Below, piece by piece: positions 25,477 through 38,440 of a stretch of DNA of 64,000 bases. The translations under genes and the position numbers were made by a program. A model generated the notes under the pieces. The model searched no databases. It saw nothing but the letters and a program-made list of their open reading frames with translations, and had not been told where the DNA came from. This DNA comes from Isurus oxyrinchus (lineage: Eukaryota): NCBI GenBank assembly GCA_026770705.1, contig JANJGN010000036.1:3782001-3846000 (forward strand), in the 5' to 3' direction. Position 1 is the stretch's first letter; each line of letters begins with the position of its first letter.

Positions 25477-25969
25477 TAATAACCGATATTGAGAGGTCAA
25501 GTTCTGCTTCTGGGCTATGAGATGTAGTGGAAAGTATCGTCTGTTATTTTCTCATGGAGGAAGCCTGGAAGCAGCCATCTCAAATTATGTTACCGGCTGA
25601 ATTCATATTTATTAATAATAATGAACAATAAAGTCCGTTGATTGGTCACCTCCTGGAGACTCTTCAAGTCTGACAGAGCAGGCTCCAATTCAAGTCCAAT
25701 TTGTCACACGAAACATTTAAAATTCCGTTCAGCCTCGATGTGTTTCTGCTTTCCTGCGGCAGTGGTTTTAGGCTCATTGTGCATTTTTGCGTAGCGCTTG
25801 AGCAGGAAAGAGTGAAGTTAGCAATCCATTAACACATGTTTTGAAACGCCAGCGTTGAATTTGGAGCTCAGGTTATGTGATTTCTCAGGGCAGATGTGCT
25901 CAGTGAACCTGCAATGAAAGTTTGCAGGACATCTTTTTAGAACACGTGAGAGAAGTTTAAAAGTGAGAA

Positions 25970-26440
25970 CAATTCTACAAGAATGATACCAGACCTGAGT
26001 GGTTATGAGATCAGGCAAGATTGCAAAGGCTGGGCCTCTTTTCGACACAAAATTTAAGACTGAGGGGTAACCTAATGATCATATTTAAAATTATGAAATG
26101 GTTCGATATGTGTCGGCACAGAGAGAAATTTTCCACTTGCAGGAAGAGCAGAAATAAATGTTATGAATACAAGATATTCACTAATAATTCCAATGGGGAA
26201 ATCAGGAATAATAATTTCTCAAGAAAAAGGGGAGAATGCAGAACTCGCTACCAGCTGGAGTGGTTGAGGGGAATAACTGCGATGCATTTAGGGGAGAGCT
26301 GGATAAACACATAATGAATAAATGAATAGGATATTATTGTGGGGTGAGATGAAGATGGATAGAAGGAGGCTGTTGTGGAGCAGAAAGGAGAGCAGTGAGC
26401 GGGGGGCGGTGGGGGATGGGGGCGAATGGCCTGTTTCTGC
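25970..26440 (+). mobile_element. CR1 LINE 3' fragment
   Basis: QRLGLFSTQNLRLRGNLMIIFKIMK. Confidence 0.75.
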
Positions 26441-28480
26441 TGTAGAAATAATTTGCTTTTTTTAAGCAGAAAACATCAGCAGTGACTGAAAGCGATTTGC
26501 TATGGATACTTATCACCAATAAAACACATTCACTTAAGTGGTCTGATATCTTTCCATTACACCGTCAATATCATAAACACTAAACAGCAAGGTTTAGGAC
26601 CACTGCTTGTTAAGATACATGCCACGACTGCAACCAAAGTTATTCACCACGCAAGACAAATCCCAAAGGGAAAATTGTCTTACAGATCTATTTCTTTGTA
26701 TTCTGAAAACAAGGTGAAATTTACTGGTGTCAGAAACATAGAATCCGAGTAAAACTTTGACGATTCTAAACTTGAAAGATTTAGGAATAAGAAGAAAAAT
26801 GCCTTAAGCACACAAGATTAAAAATTATACAGTTGAAAGAGCCTTGCAAAACATTCCTCCAAAAAACACAGTTGGCCAAAACACAGAAGTAAACTACTTT
26901 GCAACAGCTGCCTATTAGATTTTCAAACCATAAAAAATCCAGTAATATTACACAAAGCAAAAACTGCTGCTACTTTAGTAAAGCATTCCTCACAACTTCT
27001 TAGTCTCTTCCATTCTGTTGTGGAAATCCGAAGGAGGTTCAGGAACAGACTCCCTCCTGGAAACAAAGGCTTCCTCATCCTGAAATCAACTGGCTCTTCA
27101 AATTTACATTTTCTCTCAGCACGCTGCTGGTCTCAGGACATCTCCTACACACAGTCACCTCAACTCAACCAAACAACCTTCCTTTTATATCTTCTCTTCC
27201 ACTTTCTCCCTAGGCTCCATTATTCTAAGCACCTCTTTGAACTCAGCTTTTCCAAAATAAAAAAAAAACCTTTCATGTCTTCCTATTGCCTCCACTTTCG
27301 AGTCAAATGAATTTAAAATTACTTCCCTTGTTTACTTATGAAATCTTTGTACTAGTACTTTAAAGTCCCTTTGGAATGTAGCAGCTGGAAAGACAGGCTC
27401 TTACCTACCAACTGATGGAAATTAAAAACCCAACTTATTTACTTGTGATTCCAACTTCGCCATAGCCTCTTATTACACAAATGCGTGCATCCAGCACTTT
27501 CCATTTAACTCTCAGTTCCCACAGCAAGCTGCCTTTATTGCAATTCCCTAGTTTAATTAGCTATGTAAACACACACACACACCTCACAGACACGCGCACA
27601 CACCAGACAGACATGCACACACAAACACCCCTCTTATTACAGAATACCACCATGACCCCGACAAGTTATTTTTAAAAAATCGATCAGCACGTACTGAGCT
27701 CCACCTACTCATCTTGTCTCCATATGATTAATACACTTACACACAATATGAAATAGATGCCAGCTTCAGCATCTCTCTGGTGGAGAGATATACAGATTTC
27801 TAATCTATACTCCACAAAATTTCTTGTTCCAAAAACACTGCACTCACGGTAAAGTTTTGACATGTAGTTTTGAAATTATGCACAAAGTAAGAGGCACTGT
27901 GTAAAAGTGAAATGGAGCTATTGCAAGTTTTCTCCATCACTGCCCATGTCCCTCTTGTGTCCCGCGTTCCATTTCAGCAAGTGATAGAACACAACACATC
28001 TCAGACAAAGAAACCCACTACTAACAGCATCTCAATCCAGGACTGATTTTGTCAGTCAACAGGAATTGCATTTTTATCCAGATGGCATTTAATTATAATT
28101 TAACTATTAGTCAGCACAAGCCCCTGGTGCATCGTTATATTCGATGAGTAATTTATTTCATTTACATGCAGACATTTGTCAAGAAATGAACATCCGGTCA
28201 ACAACTGGAGTTACAGGGTCAACAGAAAAAGTTCCTAGTGTTTACTCAATATTTCTTTCATTTTTGAGTTACATGATTACAGTGGAAAATATTTACGAAA
28301 ACTCAAAACAAATTCAACATTTAACAGGATGAGCAAGTCTTTGAAAACTGTGGACAGTGCAGTGTAGTTTAGTTGTTTGAAGGGTGTTTCCTTAGCTCTC
28401 TGCTTATTTGCACAAGGCTGTGGTTTGATTGGCAAATCCTGTCTCCTCTAAAACTCATCAGAGAGAAAACGTCTGGTATC

Positions 28481-29490
28481 TCATCTGCGACCTGCCTTCT
28501 TTTTTGATCTTTGATCCAATGCAGCCAAGTCCAGGGAGGCGTAATGAGTTCTGCCTTGAGTCTAGGAGACATATTAAACATGAAGAGCGAAAAGTAGTTA
28601 AAAGACAGGTCAGAATATCAACTCCCACAACCGCTTTTCATAGAATTATACAGCACAAAAGGAGGCGATTCGGCCATTGTGTCTGTGCCACCTCTTGGAA
28701 AGAGCTATGCAATTAGTCCTATTGTGCTTATCTCTGTCTGCATATCGCCACCATTATTTTCCTCTTCCACTATTTTCCAATTCCTTCTTGAGAGTAACTA
28801 TTGAATGGGTTTCCGTTGCCCACTGAAGCAATTTGATATCTATTTTGCTTCATTTATATGTGCAACAATTGTCTGAAATAATGTTTTGTAAAAGAGCAGA
28901 AGAATTTTGAAATCTATCTGAAATCGCCAAAGTTTAACCAGAAAAAAATGGGATGATGAGTCTTTCAATTTGAATCGATTGCTTTGCTGTTAATTAGTCA
29001 ATCCGATTACTGTGTTTAGTCATGTGCCATCTGCACGATCGAGCATAGTCCACAGAATTCAGCACATTCACAGGAAGCACACACAATCAAAAGACTTACC
29101 TTTTTTAATATAGCGCCTGTTACGAGCTGAAGAAGGCTCATTTTAGGATGTGTAAGCTCTGTTCTTAATGCAAGGCGGAAGCGAATTTACGCACAGTAAG
29201 ATGCCATAAAGAGCATTATATTAATGACCCAGATACTTCATTTTTTTAAGATGCTGGTTGAGAGATGAAATATGAAACCAAACACCAGAGAGCCACCCCT
29301 CCCAACTCCGCAAACACTCCACCACTGCTCTTCATACAATAGTGGCTGTCCCCTCTGTTATGCCAACCTGAAAGGGTAGACACAGCCTCGATATAACGTT
29401 TCATGTGAAAACGGCACCTCAGGCAGTGCAGCACTCGCTCTGGATGTTCAGTCTATACATTCTTCTCAAGTCTATCGATGTACTCATTCA

Positions 29491-29533
<43 letters not shown>

Positions 29534-32500
29534 TGTGACCAAACTGATTCCTTCTTAGTCCACTTGCAACAGAAACACGTTTTCATTTATCTATAAAACT
29601 CCATTGGGTTTGGTCTTATAGTCATTGTAATTACATTGGCTAATGCATTTACTAACTTGGTTGACGGGGGACAAAGGTGAGAGAAGAGGGAGGGAGATTA
29701 GACTCACCATATATATATTTTTTTTTAAATTGCAGAAATCTGAATTATGAACTGCTGGACATCTGCCTTTAAGTGTGACGGAGGCATTGTATCCGGAACA
29801 TTGCCCAATCCTTTCTATTATCAGATGGGGAGGGGGGCTGGGGTGTGTTTTCTGATTCCAGTTAGAGGGGCTCGTGGGATTTTATACAAATTCAGATGCT
29901 CTAGACTGTGACCTGCTCTCTGTAAACGCGTGAATTATCCAGCACCTTATCGCATAAAACAACTTTTTGTATATTATTACAGCAATTTGAAAAAACTCAC
30001 CTGCATTGCATCCTGCTGTGGCTGCTTTGCTTCTGTTTGACGGCGACCATCTGTTTTACTAATCATTAAGAACTGAATTAAAATGTTATCCCAGCCTGGC
30101 TAATCCATAATTAGATACAGATACACAGTGTGCCAATGATCCGCCAATGTACCAATGGTCCCAAAACGTCAATGGACCACATGTGTCACCAGGCCCGAAT
30201 CTACCGAAGGTCCCCTATTAGGCGAAAGGCCACTGAATATTCAGTGGAGTGAAATCCGCCAATGGATGAACAAGAAATATCTACCCCGGGTGTCTGGAGT
30301 CTATTGTCCTAGCATGTATACTGCAAATATTAATAACCAGCAATTGACATTTTCTATGGGATCCAGCGAGAGCAAGGTCATTGTGGAACATTTTGATGGA
30401 AGGTAATGCTCTTATGCATTAATCCAATTCCACCCACTTGACATTTAATGTGTGCCAACATTTCAATGCAATTTAGCAGTTTGTTGCTCGTTCTGCCCCT
30501 CTCTTTGCCTTTTCTCTCTCAAGCTAAAACTGGTTTCGAACAAAACTGTCAAAAACGTGTTAAGGTTTGCAAACACTGGCTTAGGTGCCAGAAATATTTG
30601 AAAAGAAATGGGTCGGTCTTAGCATCAATCTTAAAAAATCATGGAAAGTGTCAGATAGTGTGATCGGCATGAACTTTTCAAATGGCTCAGTAGCTTTCAT
30701 TTCATTGTGGGATTTCCTGTCTCGTTCCCCTGAAAGCAGAAAGTGATTTAGCCATTTTTAACTGCTAAAAGGGAATCAGATAGACTAACAATTATTCAAA
30801 TATTCCTGATAAATATTAATCCTGACCTGATCTGCTGCTTTTAATAATCCAAATGGAAATAAGGACCGAGAGTAGAACTAGTATCACTAGAGCAGTTATG
30901 AAAACAGGAAGTGCCAGAGTGCACCATCCGACAGAGACAAAACACTCAGAAACTGCTGTTCGGTCAAATCCTCCTTTTCTGGGATTCTCTGATGGCAAAC
31001 TTGACCCAAAACAAAGCCCAGAAACAACCCATTCTGGCGATCTTGCCAGTGTAGCCTCTTTGAAAGAGGCATCTAGTTAGTCATATTCTCCCTTCTCTTC
31101 CCCCAATATTCCACGAAATATCTCTCAATCTGGCATTTATCTAATTACTCTTTTCAAAGTTCCTTTTGAATTTGCTTTCACCGCCCTTTCAGGCAGCGCC
31201 TTCCAGATCAAAACTCTCTGCGTTCAAAATAATTCGCTCTATCTCACCGTATGCTTCTTTTGCTGATTAGCTACAATTAATGTCCCTCTGGTTACCAAGC
31301 CTCCTGTCAGTGGAAACAATTTATCCATATTTACTCAATCCAAACTCCTCATGATTGTGAGCGCCGGGATTAAATTTCCCCACCACCAACCGCACCCTTT
31401 AACATACTTTAACTGACTGAACGTACACATATACATACATAGAGTGTAATTTGCAGCCCGCAGTTTCTGAGGAGCTAGTTTCGCAAGTCGATTAAAAGCA
31501 TTTAATGCGCCGATAGTAATTTCACCTGTCCCTGCCACTGCTGTTTTGGGGAACGGCGCGCTTTTTGTTACATATTTGTTTGGAGACCCCAGTTGAAAAA
31601 TAGCAGTACAAACACCGCCCCGTCTCCAGGTTTCTCTCGACACCATGATGAGACTTCGGACGCTGTAAGTCCCGTCCTCCTCCATTTCACCGGAATCGCT
31701 GGGTCCCTCGGTGACCAGGCCGGTAATGTTCCAGAAAATAGGAATCTGGTTGGAAGAGACTCCACTGACCAAGCACACTAAAGGGACGGTTTCCCTCAAC
31801 TGCCGCTCATCCGGTGGGACAAATACCTGCACAGCCGTCTGGTTGCTGTAACAGCCAGGACAGAGATTGGGACACAGTTAACGATTAATTTGCTCCAAAT
31901 GATAATGCTGTGCATGATCTCAATGCACTTCACTTACTGTCTTACCTCCAAGCAGCAGTGTTTGTCCATTCTGGAGCGGTGCAAAGCTAGCTCTATGAGC
32001 ACAGTAATAGGAACCCCAGTCATTCACCTGGACATTGCGAATTTCCAGTATCAATTGATGTTTGCTGCTGTCTTTTTTAAATATAAACTTACAATCCGCC
32101 CCCTGACAGGACTGGCTGCCGTTTTTTTTTCTGGGCTTCACCCACGAGTTGTTTGTTCCAGAAATAGCGAGACACCAATACCGCTTCGAAAATGTAGGGA
32201 CATTTTAATACCACTGTTTGTCCAAATTCAGCTGTCATTATGAAGGGGCTTTGAGACAGAGAAGGCGCGGATTCTGTAACCAGAGAGATTATTGTTACAT
32301 TACTATTGGTTATTGGGATATTGAAAGCAACCACTTCGAAAGACTTCACCTGTAATTTTACCACAGTCGCATCATTGTATTTAATTTTGGTAGTTAGATT
32401 AATTCTCCAATTTGATTCCTTCGCTTTCTCGGAGGAACCAGTAAATAAATTCACATGAACCGGTCAAATCCCTTCACCTGACCAGCTTTGTATACACTGA

Positions 32501-32590
32501 TTCCAGTTTAAAATTCTCACCCGCCTCTTACTCACCATAACCCCGCAGCATTTGGAAAATGAGCATCAAAGATAAAGATCCCTTGGACAG
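28481..32590 (-). pseudogene. Type B VJ-C1-TM-ITIM receptor (B2), best-preserved B copy but with several lesions
   Basis: Leader 32590-32536 (first ATG changed to CTG; an in-frame ATG follows). V exon 32273-31946, 328 nt, with +1 in an A9 run at 32122-32130. C exon 31855-31526 is open but its acceptor is TG instead of AG. TM exon 30928-30827 (GWCTLALPVFITALVILVLLSVLISIWII), acceptor CG. Small exon from 30729. Last exon 28561-28481 TQGRTHYASLDLAALDQRSKKKAGRR*. Confidence 0.85.
29494..29530. repeat. (CA)n microsatellite
   Basis: Direct inspection. Confidence 0.95.
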
Positions 32591-32599
32591 CTTGACGCG

Positions 32600-34340
32600 G
32601 TGATTTTTCCCTGTTTTCGCTCTCACTAGTTTGTTTGTACAGGTGGAGTGCGCGCTGACCGACCAGAGCTCAGTCCCAGTCAGTTGTTCCCCTTGCAGAT
32701 GCGGTGGAAACGATGACGAGCTATGCTATGGAAAGTATGACATCATTTTGTGCGCGGTGCCCTGGTTAACACCACATACATTTGACTAAGTATAGTCACC
32801 GTCTGTGCGTCACAGCGGTCAAATGGCTGAAAGCTTATAATGAACTTTACTGGGTTGTCATTCAGAGAGGGTGACAGGATCATAATTGGATGGAGTTATT
32901 CTGAACATTGCAGTTGAAGTTTAATTCAAGTTTTATCAACCCGAATAGTCATTGCGAAGGTGGCGGTGAGCGAGTTTTAAAAGCCACTTATCAGGCTGCT
33001 CCTCAGTATTGTCTTTAGAGAAAGGGGACTTACCCTGTTCAGTTATTCCTGTTAGTTATAACCTCTCAGCTCTGGCATAAGCCTTGTCAATCTTGTTTGC
33101 ACCGCCTCCAGTGCTTCAATATTCATTTTGTTAAATTGAGTCCAGAAATGTGCATTGGTAGTCCAAGTGTGATTTGAACAAGGTACCTTAGGCTTAACTT
33201 CATTGTTTTTCACATATATTACTAGTCCCGGTGCTGATTTGCATTTTCTCATTTAAGATCACAGGCAATTGCACAAAAAGGAACTCCCTATTCACAAAGC
33301 GAATGAACCAACCGCTTATAAAGAGACCAGTACATGAGGCCAAGGTAAAAGCAAAATGCTGCGAATGCTGAAAACCTGAAATAAGAACAGAAAATGTTGG
33401 AAACACTTAGTCGGAAAACTTTGATGAAGAGACATATGCATTCGCAATTAAGCCTCTTTCTGTTTCAGACCTTCTGAGATTTTCCAAACTTTTCTGTATT
33501 TATTTCAGAACCTGAGCTCTCTGTTTACCGGGTTTGTATTTTGATCCTGAACGGAGATCACACTCTCGCATTCTGCTGTTGAATGGGCGGCTTCACTAAC
33601 CCGGGCAGAACCGCCTCACATAACCAGCGGCAATAACAGTGGACATGATTTTTAAAAAGAACAACAACAAGGAAGCGTTTTTAACCCCCGAATATATAAG
33701 GATATTTTTCCCAGTCCTAAATCTGTGAGGAACCTCTGGCATAAAGATTTCTGACGGTCGTCATTCCTCGCAGAATGTTGCAGGATTTCTTAAAGAGCCG
33801 CGTTAGGGTTTCATTGAAAATGATTCTCAGAAGGAATTCAGCACAAGCCGGATAGAGAGAATCTCCGGGAAACTGTGATGAGAGAATCCTTTAGAGCAGT
33901 GAAACTGAGGGACAGCCACTGAAAAGTTTATCAGAATCTGGTATAAATACAAACTTCCGTTATCTTTTTCTGAAGACATTAGTCAGCTAAGTACTTTGTA
34001 TCCGTTCATGGGATGTGGGGGTCGCGGGCTGTTGCAGCGTTTATTGCCCATCCTTCATTGCCCCTTGTGAGGGTGGTGGTGAGCTGGTTTCTTGAAAAGC
34101 GGCACTCCCTGTGGTGTTGGTACACCCACAGTGCTGTCAGCGAGGGTGTTCCAGGATTTTGACCCAGAGACAGTGAATGGACAGCAGTATAGTACCAAGT
34201 CAGGATAGTGTTTGTCTTGGGGGTTAATTGGAGGTGGTGGTGCTCACATGCCCCCTCTGCCCTTGTCTTTCTCGGCGGTGGCATCCTTGGCGATTGGTTG
34301 CAGTGCTGCCTGTGTATAGATAGCACAAACTGCAATCTCT
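32600..34340 (-). repeat. B2 upstream region, inverted paralogue of B1 upstream (~860-3830)
   Basis: 33730-33915 is the reverse complement of 1235-1420 (gaatgacgaccgtcag core). 33510-33580 matches ~1955-2010. The LINE tail is shared. Confidence 0.75.
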
Positions 34341-35109
34341 CGTAACCTCTGATGAAGCGGCTGCATCATTTGTGAATAATGTTCGGGATCAGTTTTTTTT
34401 TTCAAATACCGGACATTGCATATAAACAGTGACACGGTGTCAGGTCGAATTGGACACTGTAAATGAGGTGAATATACACCAGTCTGTTCTCTGTTCAGTT
34501 GAATCTACCTGGGACCGCAAAGCCTCTTCTGTCTGCGGTTTACCACTGAGTCAAATGCAGGCGGTTCTGTAATGAAGCGCATCAACTGTAAAAAGAGGAA
34601 AACCACCGACAGATTCTGGATTGAGCATAATTTTCCATCTCAAGCGATAAGAGGTCACAATCTCGGCCATCTTACGCCAACTGATGTGTTTTGCACAGAC
34701 CCCTGAATGGGCTGTGAGCGATGCGCCTTTCTGAGACTCGCAGCAAATATCTGCGGTCACAGCCAATGCGCCTCTTTGCTACCCAGCCTCGCGCTCTGCT
34801 GCAAGATTTACTGACTCGCTTCTTTGTTATTCAAGGTCAAGCATTTTCGCAGAACAGTTCAGACACTCAGTAAGGAACAACATTGTCTGCTCATTTCAGA
34901 ACACATTCTGAAAGTCTTTCATTCTACCAGGTTAGTCACATTAAGAAGAATGTATCTCCCTCTTCTCTCCCAGCTTCCGTTCCTCAGTATTCTCCTGAAG
35001 ACGCCTTGACATGGGTTCCTGTGGAGACTTGGAGAGAATTTGCAGCTTGGATTTGAGCTTTGACATTATAATTGGCTCATGTTTCCCATAAGGGTGCCTA
35101 TCAAGGAAT

Positions 35110-35370
35110 GATTTGACCCAGCAGCAGTTTCTATGTATTTTCTCTCGGTTGACTTGGTGCATTTTGATCCGTTAACACAACTGTCACCCCTCAGCCAGGA
35201 TCTACTCTTCATCCTCATTCTGATTTGGATCAGTAACGCGATTGGTCGGGTGAGAGTTGATGTTTAACGGGGACATCTCAATAATCGTGTGCTAATGTTA
35301 TATTTAAATGCTCATTCCAGTTTCTTGTTTCAGCAAACCGATTGACTGTCTCCCACAAAGAAAAGCGAGT
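35110..35370 (+). pseudogene. Orphan degenerate type B TM and cytoplasmic exons (B5)
   Basis: gcagcagtttcta...tggtgcatt...ctcttcatcctcattctgatttgg...|gtgaga, followed by tttcag|...tcccacaaagaaaag. Homologous to 6300-6570. Confidence 0.6.
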
Positions 35371-35813
35371 AATTGAACAATTTTGTAAACTTCCTGACCA
35401 ATCTCTCTGTATTCATCACTGCGTCAAACCAGTTCAACTTAAACAACTATTCCAATCGTGTAGATACTTTTATATTTTCCACGTTCTTCTAAATGATTCT
35501 GATGCCAATTAACATTTCCCATCTCAAAATCAATTTCAAGTCACTATAGATTAAATTCAATGGCCCAGCCTCCAGTGCTCACTTGGGAAAGGGAGTCTAA
35601 GAAAAAGTAATGACCAACATAGAGAAAGCAATGCTCTGCATCTCATTATTAAAAGGGAGATCACTTATTCCTAAACTGTACCCCTAGTTCTACATTCCCC
35701 TACGAGTCGAAACATCCTGTCAGTATCTATCCTGTGAAGCCCCCTCAAAATCTTATATGTTTCAGTAAGTTCACCTCTCATCCTTAGATTTACAACCAAC
35801 ACTCCGTGTTTGA

Positions 35814-35944
35814 AAACAAAGAAAACTGCGGATGCTGGAAATCTAAAACAAAAACAGAATTACCTGGAAAAACTCAGTAGGTCTGGCAGCATCGGCGGAG
35901 AAGAAAAGAGTTGACGTTTCGAGTCCTCATGACCCTTCGACAGA
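35814..35944 (-). mobile_element. Short Penelope-like-element-derived insertion with a minimal hammerhead-like motif and 13-bp TSD
   Basis: TSD ACTCCGTGTTTGA at 35801-35813 and 35945-35957; empty site at ~39930. Minus strand reads CTGTCGA-agggtc-atgag-gactc-GAAACGTC. Confidence 0.65.
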
Positions 35945-38407
35945 ACTCCGTGTTTGATATTATTTGTCTGCTTTTAGCTTGCGCATGCAAGGAAGATTTC
36001 TTTCCGTTAACAGAGGGCATTAGGACTCTATAATGATCAACTTCATTTGCATGCCAATCCCTTTTATTGTTTTAGCTGGAAACTCACTGTCATCAACATA
36101 AGGCTGATGGGGTAACGCCTTCATCAGATTCTTTGCTGGGGAAGGTGTTTTGCTGTTTTTTGAAACACCACCAATAAGAAAGCGGGCGAGAATGGAGAAC
36201 TCAAATGGATTTTACCAGCTGTCCAAAGAGATATACAGATGTGGAAGCCATTAATGCAACTTTCAGTTTAAGGCATCGGAAACACTCAGCCAACAACTGA
36301 ACTATGCTGATTCAGGTTGTGTAAAATAATGAAAGTTAGTTTGGTTGGAGATGGCAATACCATTTCCTCACGTGGGTTGGGTATTTGAGAGAAGAGGGGG
36401 CTTAAAGGGAGTGGAGCCCAGACCAAAGGGTCACCACCTTCAAATTATAACCAGGCCATTCATTGGTGATGTCTGGGAGCAATTCGCCCCCGCAAGAAAT
36501 GTCTGATGGGGCATCAAGTTGATGGGTGCTAATGAAAACATGATGTGCGGTGAGGGAACAGGCACTTAAAGAACTCTGCAATTTTAGAAGAATAGGCGAG
36601 TAACACAGATTATGTTAAAGAATCTCACACTCCATAGACACGTTCGCCTTGCTCAATGTCCGTCTACGGTATACTATCGTAATCTCTTTCACTCTCACTC
36701 TCTCTCTCACACACACACATACATAAACACACACGCACAGAAACTCATCATTCGGAGCCTCGCTCATCTGTACAGGCACATTATCCCGAATGAGAAAATT
36801 GCTAACTCCTAAAGTTGTAGAGGGCACAGTGATCATCTGTACAAAGTTCCTGAATCAGGGTATCAGCTTCTCCATTTTGGGTTGTAACATAAGCACATGT
36901 ATTTATGCAGTGTCCCAATTCAGAGAAGGAGAAAGGAGGTAAAACAATCAGTGAAAAATCTGAAGAGCCTTTTCTGCTAACATTGTCAATGTGATTACAA
37001 AAACTGAGAAGACATCACGCCAAGAGGGTGGCCAGGCTCTGCGTCAGGGAGCATGGCCGCAGTTTGACAAGGAGCAGCGTCTGGTCTCAGGGGGAGGCAA
37101 ACGGTGGCAGCGGGAGCAAGAGAAAGACAGAAGAAGAGAGATAGTGCAGCCCCTTGTGGACAGGGCGCGAAACGTCAGCAGCCAACGTCTCTGTGACAGG
37201 GTCCCTGCTGAAGTACTTTATACTCTCATGGAATTATTGCTCTCCTTTTGGGATAATGGGCGTTCCTTTGGAGCCCTAATAACATTTCCGCACTCCTTCT
37301 ACGGCAGGCAAACCCCGTTTTTCTTCATTCTGTATCTTCCTCGTTATGTTTCCTTACAAGTTTGTGTTTTATACAAATTATATTCCCTCCCGACCCATCC
37401 CCTCACCACGTCCGCCTTGCCAATAAATCATTCGTTGGGACATAAGTTTGCACATTTTAGTCACATTGAAATAGCCTGGCCGCTCGTTGCCCTCATTTAG
37501 CATGATAATTCTTTCCTTTTAAAAATAAAAATAGACTCGAATTTCTATAACACCTTCTGCGCCCCCAGGGCATCAGCTAGCGATTTACAGTCAATTAATG
37601 GCTTTTTTGAAATGTCGTCTCTGTTGTAACATAGGAGATGCAGCAGCCAAATTCCGCACACCAAACTCCCACAACAACCAATGTCATAGGAAACCGGGGA
37701 GTACGTCATCATTGTCTGGACGTGTTGCAATAGTGGCTGTGGATCTTTCCATACACCTGAGATGATTGACAGGCCTTCTCTTTAACATCTCGCCTGAGAG
37801 ATAGCTGCATCGATAGTGCAGCCCTTTCTCAGAATTGATAACGGGAGCATCAGTCTCTGGAGTAGGAAATGCACACACGGTTTCCTGATTCAGAGGTGAT
37901 GGATCTTTTCACCGAGCTGGAAGTCACAGCTAGTCAGAAATCTGTAGTTCAGTATTTAGCAGTTTCAATTTGTGACAGCCCATAATGTTTTGTTGCTCCC
38001 AAAACTTATTCCCAGCGGTGATGTTGAGTTTAGGTGGCAATGAATTCTGGGAAATATCTGCTCAATTTCCTACTCCATGTGGAAGATACGAAACCATGGA
38101 AATGGATGGAGTGTATCACGGCGGAATGATCCATTCATGCCTGACATAGGCTGGCTTTCAAAGTTAACAAGTCTTTCTTTTAAATTAATTGTTCATAGGA
38201 TTATGGCATCGCTGTCAAGACAAGCATTTGTTACCCATTCCTCATTGCCGCTGAGCAGCTGGTGATGAGCCGCCTTCTGGAACTACGACAGTCCCCGTGC
38301 CAAAGGTGCTGCACAAATCCATTTGATAAGGACTTACAGGATTTTGACCGAGTGACGAAGGAGGAAATTTGTCCATGTCTGAATGTTGTGCAACTTGCAG
38401 ATCCTGG

Positions 38408-38440
<33 letters not shown>

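Noticed and set aside
34551-34800. GC-rich stretch with AAGATGGCCG (YY1/Kozak-like) and CCAAT as a gene start
   Set aside because: No convincing donor or downstream exons and no recognisable product. Insufficient support.
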